64,000 nt of DNA, taken from assembly GCF_006345805.1 (NCBI RefSeq), contig NC_042998.1, positions 148,304,001-148,368,000 on the forward strand, read 5' to 3'. Shown in pieces: positions 47,690-61,847 of this stretch. The stretch comes from Octopus sinensis. Lineage: Eukaryota. The notes beneath the pieces were generated by a model, which made no database searches, was not told where the DNA came from, and saw only the letters and a program-made list of their open reading frames with translations. Both the position numbers and the translations under genes were made by a program. Within the stretch, counting starts at the first letter, position 1. Every line of letters starts with the position of its first letter.

Positions 47690-48625
47690 GGAATACCGAT
47701 GAAAAGTTATACTTGAGGCGAGGAAGACCATAATTCATCACCAAGGAAAATTTTAGACTAGAAAGGACACACCAGATTGCTTTGATATACCAATGGACGC
47801 GGAAGATTCAGCCGAAGTCACAGACTTAGTCGGGATTTATTTACTACAACTACTCCATAAAGTACTCCCAGAATTTGAAGGTGGTCTCTATAGGGATGAT
47901 GCTTTGTTTGTTGTTCGAAATGCCTCCAACCGTAAAATCGAAATATATCAGAAGAGATTAAATCATTTTTTCAAAAGCCATGAACTTACCATCACCACTG
48001 AGCAGGATCACACTTCTGTGAACTTCTTAGATACAAATTTTAACCTCACTACTTCAGCTTACCAACCATACCATAAACCTAATAGCAATATCACTTATAT
48101 ACATGCGCAGAGCAATCATCCTTCTAATATTCTTGATAACATACCTTATGACATTGAAAACAGAATTAACTCATTATCCTCTAATGAAGCATAAAGACTA
48201 TTACAATCTGGCTCTTAGAAATACTGGTTGTAAATATCAAATTAAGTACAGTAAATTTAATAACGATTTTTTTCCAACCATAACAACAGCTATATGGATA
48301 TAAATTCCAATAAACACACCACAATTTCTAAACACCATCATGAATTGGAACGCCCTGGCACACAACTTAACTTTATGAAGTATATTTGTAAAAATGATCA
48401 TAAAAGGGAAAAAAAATTAACAACTATCAACCAAATAACAAAACTTTTACTAACCAGATTTCTACCAATACCTATATTTTTAATAAGATAAACAATTATA
48501 ATGCCACTGACAGTCATTACGAGAAAAACATTAACATAGCCGAAAATAATTTTCTCTTATTTATTTACAAGCTCTAAATCCCCCACACAACTACATAACC
48601 AACTTTAAAGATGTCCAATATTTTC

Positions 48626-48707
<82 letters not shown>

Positions 48708-49450
48708 TAATAAGAATAGCATTGTTAGTGATGGTGTTAATAGGAGAGGTAAAAAGAAACCTATACTTTTCTTCCGAATGGGTGACCCATCTAAATAAAA
48801 ACCACCATACCAATAAGAAACACAATAATAACATAATTTGGTTTATATTTCCTTTTGCTGAACATTTGAAGTCTAATTTATTTAGGATTATTTGTTCCTT
48901 TAACAATAGAAAACTAAATCTTTACTACAAGAATTTAACCCCCTCTAATACTATACATACTAACCCCAATTATTCAAATAGCTCCGTATCTTCTACCAAC
49001 GATTCCCATACTCACACAAACTCTTCCTCTATCAACACACATACACATAACAATAGTACGCCTAAAATTAGTAACAATTGCAACTGTAGAAATCCTAACA
49101 CTTGTGAGGTTAAAGGTAATTGTAAAATGAAAAATGTATATAAATCTACTATTACAACACATGATATCTCTAGGTTTCATTATATAGGTTGCACGCAGAC
49201 CCCTCTCAAATTACGTTTGAATAATCATAAATCATCTTTTAATGATCCTTGGAAAGAAAGTAGTACTAGTTTATCCAAAAAGGTATAGCAACATAAATTT
49301 CTTGGAATTAGAAATAGAACGTGCCTTTTATGCCTTGAAGAGTCTTACTTATATAATTATGAAAATGAACGGTTCTATCTTAAATTCGAGAAATGAAAGA
49401 GCTTGTCTTGTAAACATGTGTCCAAATTTCTTTTCATTAACCTTATATAG
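47690..49450 (+). mobile_element. Degenerate Penelope-like element (third lineage)
   Basis: FDIPMDAEDSAEVTDLVG, GLYRDDAL, VNFLD, SNHP, CNCRNPNTCEVKGNC, VYKS...YIGCT..LKLRLNNHKSSF, LNSRNE. Asn-rich insert with (AAT)n at ~48628-48710. Confidence 0.88.
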
Positions 49451-50008
49451 TCTTACTGATTACCTCTTTGCCTTTTTCTTATTTGCTCTTATTACACTCT
49501 TAGGTTATGTGTATATATGTATTCTCTGTGTATGCATGTACGTATGCGTGCTTGTGTGGGTATGTTTATGCACTTGTGCTCGTGTTTTTATATGTGTGTG
49601 TATGTATATATGTGTATGTGTATGTATATGTACATATGTATATATTTATGTGTGTGTATTTTTTACATGTATGTATGTGTATGTATACTTATGTGGGCAT
49701 ATATGTATATATGTATATTCGCATGTAAGTATGTATGTTTTGTATGTATTTGTTTTTGCACATGAATATATCTTATGTTTTCGTCTACATGTGTATATAC
49801 TAGTATTTGTATGTGTGTATGTATGTATACTTGTTTTTGTCTATGTATACATGTTTTCGTGTATGGATACATTAACATGCACGCATATACGTGTGTATTT
49901 CTATGTTTTCATATGTTTTTCTTTGGTGCATTTTGCATGCACCTTTGTGGATTTTTGTTTTCTGTTTGGGTGGATGTGTATATATTATGTGTATTTTACA
50001 TGTGTACT

Positions 50009-50049
<41 letters not shown>

Positions 50050-50268
50050 GTTTTTTATTTATATATATTTCGTTTTTCTTATTTCAGCTCAGAGCTGCGG
50101 CCATGCTGATGCACCGCCGTTAAATATGTATATATATATATATGTACATGTGTGTCCGTGTACATGTATGTGCCTGTTTATGTTTTATGTATGTCTGTAG
50201 GCGTGTGTTTGTATATATATACATACATATATATATATCTGGATATATATATGTATATATGTATGTGT

Positions 50269-50329
<61 letters not shown>

Positions 50330-51864
50330 CATGTATATGTGTATGTGTATTTGGTTGTATATGTGTATGTATATGTGTATATGTATATTTATTTATTTAT
50401 TTATTTATATTTATACACGTCTTATGTGAATACGTATGTCTTTATTTTACTTGTATCTTCCCACACACATGCACCCCTGTATGTGTATGTGTGAATGTAT
50501 GTACATTTTTTTATTTTGTGTGTGTTGTGTTTGTGTGTATGTATGTATATGCTTATGACTGTATATCCTTATGTGTTAAGTGTATACGTTTTTTTATCAG
50601 CATTTTTCTCCTTCATATATTCGTTTCGGTCCCTACTTTTTTACTGATTGTCTCCCCTACGCCGGGCTAGATTTTGAGTAAGGTAACTATCTTGAGTTAC
50701 ACCGGCCAGTCTTGTCTGATCCATGTTATTTCCTTGTTAAATTATTTTTTTTTTTTTTTCTCTGCATGTATGTACATTTTTACTTTAATATTGTAACTTT
50801 TTTCAAACGTAGCTTTACCTATCGCTTTTTAGCCTCGTGCAAAATATATATACATATATTTTTTTCGTTTTTCAATATTAATATGCATACGTATAACTAT
50901 CTATGTTTTTTCTACTAGTCCACCTGTTACGTTATATTCTACTATACACACGTGGCCCTGTTTATTATACTTTGTCTCGACCTGTTACCATTTTTAAAGC
51001 ATACCTGTTAGCTTTTCATTCTTATTTTTATGTTATAGTTTACGGCACATATAGACGTGCATACACATGGATATGTCTGTCTTTTTTCCCTTTCGTCTCT
51101 CTTACTATTACTTTTACTGTTATTTTCCCCTTTTTAAAACTTGCTTGCAAATATCCGATTTTTTCCCTATTACCCCATTTGTATTCTCCCTTATTGTATC
51201 TTATTTTAATTTACTTTATTTTACTAAACATTTTTTGATGTCCTTACAAAAATTCCTCACACTGATGAAAATGACAATTCATAAATTTAATTATAATTAC
51301 TAAGGTTATAATTTTTTCTTACATATTTGTATCGTCCTTTGAAAAGCACGTATGTATTGTATCCTATTTGTATCTAATTTTGATTCTACATCTTTTTCGC
51401 CTCCATTTTTCTATAATTGTTTATGGTATTTTTTATACCTATAACGATATTTTCCAACTACTATTTTCATATTCTTATTACTTTCTCTGGCTGTTTTTAA
51501 TGAATATAATGAAACTTTATTATAAATCATTCTTCTCTCTTTTGGACCGCTCAATAAATTTCAATTGTTCTCTTTTGGACTTATTTTTTCCTATATACAT
51601 ACATACATACATATATGCATGCATACATACATATACGTACATACATACATACATATATGCATGCATACATACATATACATACATACATACATATATGCAT
51701 GCATACATACATATACATACATACATACATACATATATGCATGCATACATACATATACATATATACATACATACATATATGCATGCATACATACATATAC
51801 GTACATACATACATACATACATACACATATACATACACACATAATAAGATGAGATAAAGAAAGT

Positions 51865-53280
51865 AAAGTCTCGAGATCAGTGAAGACAGCCTTCAACTGT
51901 CAACTAGTCTGTCCCAGTCAGCAATTGTTATACAACAGCATCAAGAACATATACGTTAACTTAGTACTGAAAAGTGAAGAGAACAATATCCTATATGTGG
52001 GTAGCGAGCTTCTCAAGAAACACTCTTTCTGATTACTTCCCCTACAACCCACTCCTGCTCCAGAGCGTCGGCTGCGGGGTCACTCCGAAAAGCTCTATCT
52101 GCGACGATTTCATCTCAATCGAAGGAGAGGGGCTTTCTCCGTCCGGGTTGCAGATCCGTGGAATAAGCTGCCGGACGAGATGGTGAAGATGCCGACGACC
52201 GCTCGGTTCAAAGTCTCCCTTGACCACAAGTGGCCTGAACTCTTTACATGAGCACCAACCTGTACATAACTCCATGTCCCCCTACATGGCCTTGCTTTTC
52301 GCTTTTTGAGCCAAAAATTAACTAACTAACTAAAAACTGGTGGACTAATATACTTCAAAGAAAACCTGGTTGTGAAACGCTCAGCATACCATAAAAAGAC
52401 TATACATGGGTATATTTTCAGAAGACTTGAAGAAGATAGTAATATCAACATCAAGTGAAGCCTCTCTTGAGCTCGTGACTGCAGCATCACACCACACTTC
52501 AAAGGCTGTGCGTTTGCAATCCAAGAACAGGAAGTTGGTTCTAAATACTCAATAAACAAAAGAGACAGTGAGACTCTTGGAGCTCTGATGATGTATATCA
52601 TGTCATATATTTTGGAAGACATCACATATGTCATAAGCAGCTGCCCGAAAGTACCATGATATACTTCCCCTCCATGCGACACGACTTTGTCACAAAAACA
52701 ATATACAATGTCATTCGGAAAAAAAAAAAGAGAATCTTGCAATAAATATAGAGAATCCCCCTATTATTGAATACGTACAGAAATATCAACACAAGAAATA
52801 CTGGTGCAACATTCCCAACAAAACGTCTGTCAAGTGTAAACATAACAGGCCAGATATTGTTGTTTGAGACAGACAAGAAAAAGTATGTACCGTCACAGAG
52901 GCCAGCTATCCTGCTGATGTGAATATCTCTTTGAAAATCAAAGAGAAATAGGATAACTATGGATAACTGCTTCGAAACCTGTAGCTTCTATATCCGGATT
53001 ACAAATTTACATTTATACCAATGATAATTTAACTTGGTTTTGTGAGTTAATGCCCAAGTGACAATCGAGATAAGCTTTGATTTTCAGAAAAAGAAATCAA
53101 CCAACTAACTCGCTCATTACAAATACAATCTGAAAGTGGAACAGTAAAAATATGCAAGACTTTTCTCAAGTTAAGAATGTGACACTGTTTTTGTTATCTA
53201 CATTCCAGCGATGAAGCTTTGTATCATTGTTAGAAACCAGTTCCTTCCTCAGTGGAATTCAAATAATTAAAAACAGAAAA
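51865..53280 (+). mobile_element. Second RLE LINE family, degenerate 3' portion, interrupted by a CR1 fragment
   Basis: PLHATR (RHD-like), KCKHNRPDIVV, PADVNISLKIKEK, LLYPDYKFTFIP, IQSESGTVKICKTFLK. Confidence 0.8.
52027..52333 (+). mobile_element. CR1-clade LINE 3' end with (CTAA)n tail
   Basis: LRGHSEKLYLRRFHLNRRRGAFSVRVADPWNKLPDEMV. Matches 8648-8900. Confidence 0.9.
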
Positions 53281-53550
53281 GAACACACACATATACACAT
53301 ACATACACACAAACACACATACATGCATACGTACATATAAATTTATGCATATACATGCGCGTGCGCACACACACATTTGTAAGTATTTATGTATTCCCTA
53401 CAGCTGGCAGTGAACTAGCATAATGCAGAGTAAACTGCTTAGTAGAAAAACTAATGAAATGACGCTCGAATAAGAAATAGAAAATGTTATCAATTTGACA
53501 ATTTCAACAACATAAAATAGTTAAATATTTGTTATGGTTTGTTGTCATAG

Positions 53551-53730
53551 GGTTAGTGGGTAAGTCAATCTCCGAAGGAAAAATATTGAGTGGGACATGA
53601 ATCCCAGAGGGTTGCAGTTCTGGCGATCGAGGAAAAAATTAGATGACATGTTTTGTGTGAACTGGGAGGTGAAACATAGAACAGACAGAGGCAGCAGAAC
53701 ATTCAACAATTTTAATTTGGAAGATACAGA
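53551..53730 (+). other. Candidate host exon (unverified)
   Basis: Non-repetitive island. Acceptor gtttgttgtcatag at 53550, donor AGA|GTAAGT at 53731. ATG at 53597 opens MNPRGLQFWRSRKKLDDMFCVNWEVKHRTDRGSRTFNNFNLEDT up to the donor. Protein not recognised. Confidence 0.3.
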
Positions 53731-54399
53731 GTAAGTAGGCTTGACAAGTATATACTTCCTAGATGATGTCCGCAAAATTACATGAAATCACTGAGAACCG
53801 TCAGAAAAGTCAAACGCATGTATGCACCACATACACATACATACTCGAATACACACACATACACTCACAGGCACGTATAAATATAAACAGAGTCACACAA
53901 TCACGTATACACATGCGTGCGCAAGCATGAGAAATGTGTTTCTAATAGCCAGTTCGTTGGATATGCTGCTCTGTCGTAAATTAAGCATGCATCCCTCGTG
54001 ATATACGTGATAGTCAGGTATATTTAGTACGTGATAAATACCGTTTTAATTAAATATACCCCATGTGAGGGTTTTATGTAGGGAAGTAAGGGAGAAAAGG
54101 AGAAAGAGACAGAGAGAGAAGGAGAGAGAGCAAGGGAGAGAGATAGAAGGAGAAAGGGAGAGAGTGAAATATATAAACGCATAAACTGATCGTGATACAC
54201 ACTCAATACATACCTATATAGGCGACTATCCATTTATGCATTTACATACATGTATGTATACACACACACTCTCTCTCTCTCACACACACACACATACATA
54301 TACAGACATACATGCATACACACACTCACATACACACATATGTACATAGATACGTAGATAAGTTTCGGTTAGAATTGGCCCAGGCCATGGCTAACTTAA

Positions 54400-55050
54400 A
54401 GCACCATCTGGACAAGACATTTAACGATGTTTTATATTATAATCATTCTTTGGGCACTATAGTCCATTCGAGTAAAGAGTTATTGTTCGTAGAGATATAT
54501 CTGGGTGTAAGTGATTAATCTGTTATATTTTTGAGATATCTATCCAGGAACCGTTCGAATGTTATGAGATCTTTTTTCTTCTCTTATGTGTCTTGGCGTT
54601 ACGTTACAGAAAGTGGGGTCAGTTGAGGTGAAATTTCTGCTTGGTACTGTGATGTGACACGAGCATGATTTTTGTGAAGGACGGATAGCACGGAGGACCG
54701 AGCATTGAGTTCATTCTTATGTAGATGCTAATAGTATTTGGGAATATTTTCCATTTCATACAAATGATACACTCTTACGGCGGTGTTGGAAGGAATAAAA
54801 CTTGAGCATCTCGAGCCGATCCCAATAATCAAGACCTGTCATGTCATCGATATTCTTGTTATCATTGATTTCTGGGGTGCTTCAACTTTTGTAATCTTTT
54901 ATTTCGTGCAAGGAGACCACACAAGACAACAATATTCAAGGTGGAGACGGTTGAAGGTGGAGAAGAGAAGGATAATGGTGGGAGCATCTCTAGACCGCAA
55001 AGTCCTGTTTACCATATCGATCGTTCTGTTCTTGTCCAAGAAAAGGATAT
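54400..55050 (-). mobile_element. Degenerate CR1-clade LINE 3' fragment
   Basis: RTLRSRD...F.RLHLEYCCLVWSP...KVEAPQK...LDYWDRLEMLKFYSFQHRR. Confidence 0.8.
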
Positions 55051-55589
55051 ATAATACGTGAGTTTATTTCAACGAATGTAGCTCCCCTTATTTTCCATGC
55101 TTCATTCAATAATGCACTTTTTTTTTACAAAACGTGGTATTATGCTGACTAATATTAGTTTAAAATTTTGATACAAGGCCAACAGCTTCGGGAAGGGGCT
55201 AAGTCGATTACATCTAAACCTGTAACAAGTAAAAGAAGAAAATAAATGAATACTAGATGAGATATTGCTAGACATATACTTGTATCGATGACTCGCGAAA
55301 CAAAGAAAGATTGGGACAGTGACAGAGGTGTAAAATAAAATATATGCATGATACTCAGACGTCAGCGTTAACTTATAGGTTGATAGTTATTCAGTATATG
55401 TATGTATTTTATGTATTTATATATATGTTTATGCATGTATGCATGTATGCATGTATGTATGTAGGTATGTATATGTATATAGATATATGTATGTATATAT
55501 ATATATTTATATATAATGTTCGTCCTTCGGGTTCGAAGATGACCACTGACATCATCTGGTGGAACTGCCGCTATATATATATATAATAT

Positions 55590-56972
55590 TATAGACGAGT
55601 TAGATCAATACTAAAAACAGAGCTCAATGCTAAAAACAAGATAATAGGTATCAACACTTTAGCTGTCCCAGTTATAAGTTACAGCTACAATATCCTTAAC
55701 TGGACACGAAATGAACTGTCCAAAATAGATAGGAAAACAAGAAAAATACTGACAGGATCTAGGATGCATCACCCAAAATCTGACATAGAAAGACTATATA
55801 TACAACGTATAGAAGGTGGTAGAGGCCTTATACAGCTGGAAAACTACTATAAAATAACCACCATAGGACTTCAAAAATACCTACTTCAGAAGGAAGGAAA
55901 ACTGATCCAGATAGCAGCAAAACACGAGCAAAACAAAAAACTGTTCTCAGTATTTAAGGAAGCTGACAAATACAAACAAGAAATCATACCCACTAATAAA
56001 CACAAAGAAGAAGTAGAAGATGATGAAGAAACAACAAAAGCTATAAAACAAATGAAATCCAAACTAAAAATAGAACAGCAACGAGCCATGATAAAACGAT
56101 GGCAAGAAAAACCCCTTCATGGTAAATACTGCACTAAACTAAACGCAAAAGAAATAGACAAAGAAAAATCCCAGCAATGGTTGAGAAGCTCAGGACTCAA
56201 AGCAGAAACAGAGGGATTTTTAATTGCAGCACAAGACCAAAGCCTCCCCACCAGAAATTACCAAAAACATGTAATGAAAAGAAAGAAATTACAAGTAACT
56301 GCAGAATATGTGGAGATGGACAAGAAACAATAAATCATATTATCTCTAGCTGCCCAGTCCTGGCTAAGAAGGAATATATTCACAGACATGACAGAGTTGG
56401 AACCTACATACATTGGAAGCTATGCCAACATTATGGAATAACAACAGAAAAAAGATGGTATAGGCGCACTCCAGAAAAGGTCACAGAAAACGAGAAAGCA
56501 ACCATACTCTGGGATATGCCGATACACACAGATAGAGAAATTAAGGCCAACAGACCAGATATAGTTGTCAGAGATCATGAAGAAAAAAAATGCTTTCTAA
56601 TTGATGTATCAATACCGGCTGATGACAACGTGTCTCTAAAAGAAATGGAGAAACTCTCAAAATACAAAGACCTGGAAATAGAGGTAACTAGAATGTGGAA
56701 CCTGAAAACAGAAACAATTCCTATCATAGTAGGTGCATTAGGCATGATAAAAAAATATTCAGACAAATACATAACAAAAACACCAGGACTTACAAACACA
56801 TATAACATACAGAAAATTGCACTACTAGGCACTGCACACATCCTACGCAGAACACTTTCCATACAATAACCATCAGAGCATCACAACAAATCACAGCACA
56901 TACCCAAGGCACACAGAGCTGCGCTCGGTAGTGAAGTGAAAGCATGCTATAAAAATAAAAATAAAACTACTG
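55590..56972 (+). mobile_element. 5'-truncated R4/Dong LINE, same family as 3913-5800
   Basis: High nucleotide similarity to 4450-5800. One frameshift near 56280. Intact RLE frame to RRTLSIQ*. Ends aaactactg(AAT)n. Confidence 0.93.
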
Positions 56973-56995
56973 AATAATAATAATAATAATAATAA

Positions 56996-57628
56996 GACAT
57001 GACAAGTCGGCATTACAATATCCAAACTGCCGACAAGCGGTATAATCACCACCCTGAAGCTGTAACTGAAGGAGAAAATGTATCGATACTGTGGAACTTT
57101 CCAGTACATACAGACCGAACCATCAAAGCCAATAAACCGGATATTGTTGTGAAAGACCAAAACAATAAAGTTTGCTTATTGATCGACATGACCATCCCCT
57201 GTGATCATAATATATCGGCGAAAGAGTTTGACAAGCTCACAAAATATAAAGACCTGCTCATTGAAATTGAGAAAATGTGGCATCTCAAGGCGGTTACAAT
57301 ACCAGTGATCGTAGGAGTACTAGGAATGATCAAGAAGGGAACCGAAAATTATATGAGAATGATCCCTGGCTTACCATCCCTGCAAGAAGTGCAAAAGATT
57401 GTCTTAACTGGTACATCACACATATTAAGAAGAGCATTGTCGATGTGAGAACTATTACTACCCATGTATTTTAATTTATCTTCATTTCTATCCAAAAAAA
57501 AAAAATGAACGAACTAGTGAGTTTAGTTTAATGGCCTACCAATATATACTATAATTTCTTTGCCCTAGGAGTCGGGAAGACACTCGGCAAGAAATGGAAG
57601 CAAATTTGAAAGAAGAAGAAAAACCCAT
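56996..57628 (+). mobile_element. 3' fragment of a different R4/Dong subfamily
   Basis: Open 149-codon RLE frame (LWNFPVHTDRTIKANKPDIVV...LIDMTIP...DKLTKYKDL), its own 3'UTR, then (AAT)n 57629-57699. Confidence 0.9.
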
Positions 57629-57629
57629 A

Positions 57630-57699
<70 letters not shown>

Positions 57700-58039
57700 T
57701 AAATCCATGATTGAATTAAATCAAATTAATTAAATATCAATGTACTCTTCAGTGCAGGAAGTAAAAACCATACTGCAAAGAACTTGAGAAAAATTATAAC
57801 AGAAAATTTGAATCTAAGGGGTTCATATTTTGATCCGTGAGTCATGTCGGATATTTAACCATAACTTAAATATCCGACATGACTCACATCTCTTTCTCAC
57901 ACGGATAAAAATATGAATTGCCTAGATTAAATTTTTCTTCTATATTCCTTCTCAAGTTCTTTGTATTATGGTTTTTACATCCTGCACTGAAGAGTACATT
58001 GATATTTGATTAATTTGATTTAATTCAATCGTGAATTTA
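57700..58039. mobile_element. ~340-bp palindromic foldback element (MITE-like)
   Basis: Arms are reverse complements over almost the whole length. Perfect 22-bp central stem 57837-57858/57866-57887 with 7-nt loop. TA at both ends. Confidence 0.88.
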
Positions 58040-58432
58040 CATTAGTATTATATCTCTGTACGAAACGATCGTCTGTAAGAATTAAATTTCTTATATATTT
58101 TAACAACTAGCTTCCTCCAGTTTCAACTAAATTGATGAGTTTGAAGGGACTTCACTCCATAAATTTAACACACACACACACACACACACACGCACATATA
58201 TATATAGGGAGAAAACGAGAAGAAGAGATAAGGGTCATACCATTTATATGATACTTTTGATAAGAAAACGATTATTTAAGGGAAAATGAGAAAACTGCAT
58301 AGATTACGGATTTATGTAAATTTCTTAGAACTGTGTATATATGTGTAAGTTTGTTAAACTTTGTATGAAAATTTTCACCATGAAATGTATGCGCTTACGC
58401 AATGAAAATGCGCGCTTGTATTTGCACACACA

Positions 58433-58493
<61 letters not shown>

Positions 58494-58615
58494 TCATGTA
58501 TATAATGTATGTTTATTAGAGCTGTTGTACAATGTGTTTATAATATACTTATATTCTTCTATATAACTTATATACATACACACAAACACATATATATGAA
58601 TATATACTTATATAT

Positions 58616-58686
<71 letters not shown>

Positions 58687-58816
58687 TTACATATATATTA
58701 TGTTTGTAAAGCTATAAGCATATGTACATGCGATTTTATGCAAATATTGAAACAGTCCTCTAAAAAATCTTGTGATGGAAATATACTAATGTGTTTAGAT
58801 ACATACACAGATACAT

Positions 58817-58854
<38 letters not shown>

Positions 58855-59667
58855 GCATATTACACACACATACATATATATGTATATATATGTATATATA
58901 TATATATGTGTGTGTGTGTATGTGTGTGTGTGTGTGTGTTTACATACGCACATGTGATCATGCACGCATATGTAATATATGTATATATTTTGTGTATGCA
59001 TGCAATATCTATCTATATGTTTATGTTCTTATATAAATATGCACGTATACACACACACATGTATGTAAGTATGTAAGTATATAATTGAGAATTAAAAATG
59101 TAAAAATCCACAGAAATATAAAGGAAATCATATAAAATGTTATATTATGTTATATGTGTATGCATATGTGTGTATGCTTATATATATATATATGTATACA
59201 CACACACAGATACATGTGTGTGTGTATGATTCAAAATTAAAAATGTAAAATCTCTTCACAAGTCTAAATAAGTAAAAGTGAGTAGAATATAGGGAGATAT
59301 TTGACTAGCAGCCATAAGACTCACTAAGTTTGTAGCTCTAGGGAATTACTATGGAAGCTGCTAGTTGTTATGGCGGATATAATTGCCGCTTCAGGCACAT
59401 GTAAAAATAGGAATTCACGGTGGATTTCGGAAAACGAACTTTCTTAAATATGTAGACAAAATTATATATATATATAATATATATTATATATATATATATA
59501 TGTATATGTATATATATACCAGCATTTATACGCTTTTTTATTTGGAAGCCCACGTCTGCACACACACTCACATACATATATGTTTACACATGAAAGAATT
59601 GAGCAATCAATACATGAGACCAGTTCTATCATCATCATCATCATCATCATCATCGATATATATATAT

Positions 59668-60060
59668 GCGCAGGAGTGGCTGTGTGGTAAGTAGCTTGCT
59701 TACCAACCACATGGTTCCGGGTTCAGTCCCACTGCGTGGCACATTGGGCAAGTGTCTTCTACTATAGCCTCGGGCCGACCAAAGCCTTGTGAGTGGATTT
59801 AGTAGATGGAAACTGAAAGAAGCCCGTCGTATATATGTATATATATATATGTGTGTGTGCGTGTATGTTTGTGTTTGTCCCCTGGCATTGCTCGACAACC
59901 GATGCTGGTATGTTTATGTCCCCGTCACTTAGCGGTTCGGCAAAAGAGAATGATAGAATAAGTACTAGGCTTACAAAGAATAAGTCCCGGGGTTGAGTTG
60001 CTCGATTAAAGGCGGTGCTCCAGCATGGCCGCAGTCAAATGACTGAAACAAGTAAAAGAG
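59668..60060 (+). mobile_element. Full-length SINE family B
   Basis: gcgcaggagtggctgtgtggtaag (A box), ggttcagtccc (B box), ttgggcaagtgtctt core, internal (TA)(TG), tail gactgaaacaagtaaaagag. Confidence 0.9.
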
Positions 60061-60229
60061 TATATGTATATATCTATATATTCTTTTATTCTTTTCGTCG
60101 TTTCAGACATGCAGCTGCGGCCATGCTGCAGCACCACTGTGATTTTGTACTTTTATTTATCACACTTCCGTAGTTGATATCTTCAGTGTGTTAAGATTTC
60201 ATATCATCTCTCCTGCGTGTGCTTTTCCC

Positions 60230-61400
60230 TTTCGTTGTTGCCCCATTTTGCGTATGAGAGGGGTTTGGTGTTGCAACTGCCACCGGTACTTCATGCCGGG
60301 CTGTTGGTTCGTCCAGTGTCGTGGATAGGAAAATGTTCAGTTCCTTTTTGAAGACATCCACTTCCACATTGTGTAAGTTTCTTAATTTTTTTGGCAGGAT
60401 GATGAAGATCTGTGTGTCTTCGAACCCTAAACTATTGTAGCACCTGGTCCTGGCTTTATATGGAATGGACAGTACATTTGGTACAATGCAATGGTGTCCA
60501 GTTCGGGAATTTCTGTAACACCTGTGTCTAAATTAGGTACTTGCCTTTCCAGAATATTCCATATGTAGATTATTACTTGTACGTCGCATCTTCGCACCAA
60601 GGAATAAACAGCCTCGATCAGTAGTTCATCTGTCTCAGTCTTTTAGTGTTATGGCTTTGGACCGCTCCGTTGTTAGTTTGGCGTTTTGTCATGAACACAG
60701 TTGAAAGCAGTAATTTAGGCATCTGAGAACAAAAGCCCTTCATAGAGTCAACTTGACTTCTTGGTATCTTGTCTTGAAGGGCCTTACTATCCATCCTACC
60801 AGATGTTTGCACTTTGTTGCCATCTGGTAATGTGCATACGAAACAACGCATCATTACACATACTGATCCCCAAGTCTCTCCCTGTCTATGATTCTGGGAT
60901 TGTAGTGTCTTCGGGTCTTATATATGCCGGCTGCGGTGCATTTGTGTGCTGATAGGGCAACGCTTGAAGTTTTTCCAATATTAAACTGCATGTTGTTTTC
61001 TTCAGCCCAATTGTATATTGTATTTAGGTTTCTCTGCCTGTAATAATTTTGTAAGTAGTAGCTATTCACAATGGCTGTCTGAAGGACCATCGGCATGTCC
61101 AAGGGAGCGACTATAAGCAGTAATGGTCTCAAGACAGTTCCGTGGGGTTTGCCGTTCAGAATCCTTGTTTCCTCGGAGAGGGCATTATTGGCTGCAACTT
61201 CCTGACTTCTATCTTTTGGAAAGCCATGCAGACACTCTTCTAGTCTACTAGCTTTGCCAAGGTCTCAGGCTTGTGACATATCATGCTATGGTCCACCTTA
61301 TAAAAGCCTCTGCGAAGTCAAAATACATGACATTGACATCTGAATGATCAAGCCCCTAGTCCAGAATCCAGTCATAGTGTCATAAGAATTGTGTGGGGCA
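60230..61400 (-). mobile_element. Degenerate CR1-clade LINE RT fragment
   Basis: DVMYFDFAEAF.KVDH, GKPHGTVLRPLL, IYNWAEENNMQFN, ILPKKLRNL.NVEVDVFKKEL..FL...DEP. Confidence 0.8.
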
Positions 61401-61689
61401 GTCTGAAAGCGTTTATAAAAACTCAGACATTAAGTATATTACATCGATATATGTTCACATTATTAGAGCTGCTTCTAACTCAGAATTTAATTTTGGAATG
61501 TGTATGTATATGTGTTTACATATGAATAATTGTGTATGTGTGTGTGCGCGCGCGTTTCTTTTTATGTATATACATTCATGTATATATATGTATGTTTTAA
61601 TATATATATACACACACACACATATATATGGCTATAATATACATACATTCACCTATATGAATATATACATACATATATATGTATATGTG

Positions 61690-61740
<51 letters not shown>

Positions 61741-61847
61741 TCGGGGTGAGTACTTGATAATTATAAGCACCTGTGTATACCGTTTGGTGGTGTAGGTGGT
61801 GGAGTAAATTGATCAAAATAAAATAAAAACATGATGCGAAGGATTCA

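Noticed and set aside
48628-48710. Intron within the PLE ORF
   Set aside because: No convincing GT-AG boundaries. It reads as an Asn-rich low-complexity insert with an (AAT)n expansion.
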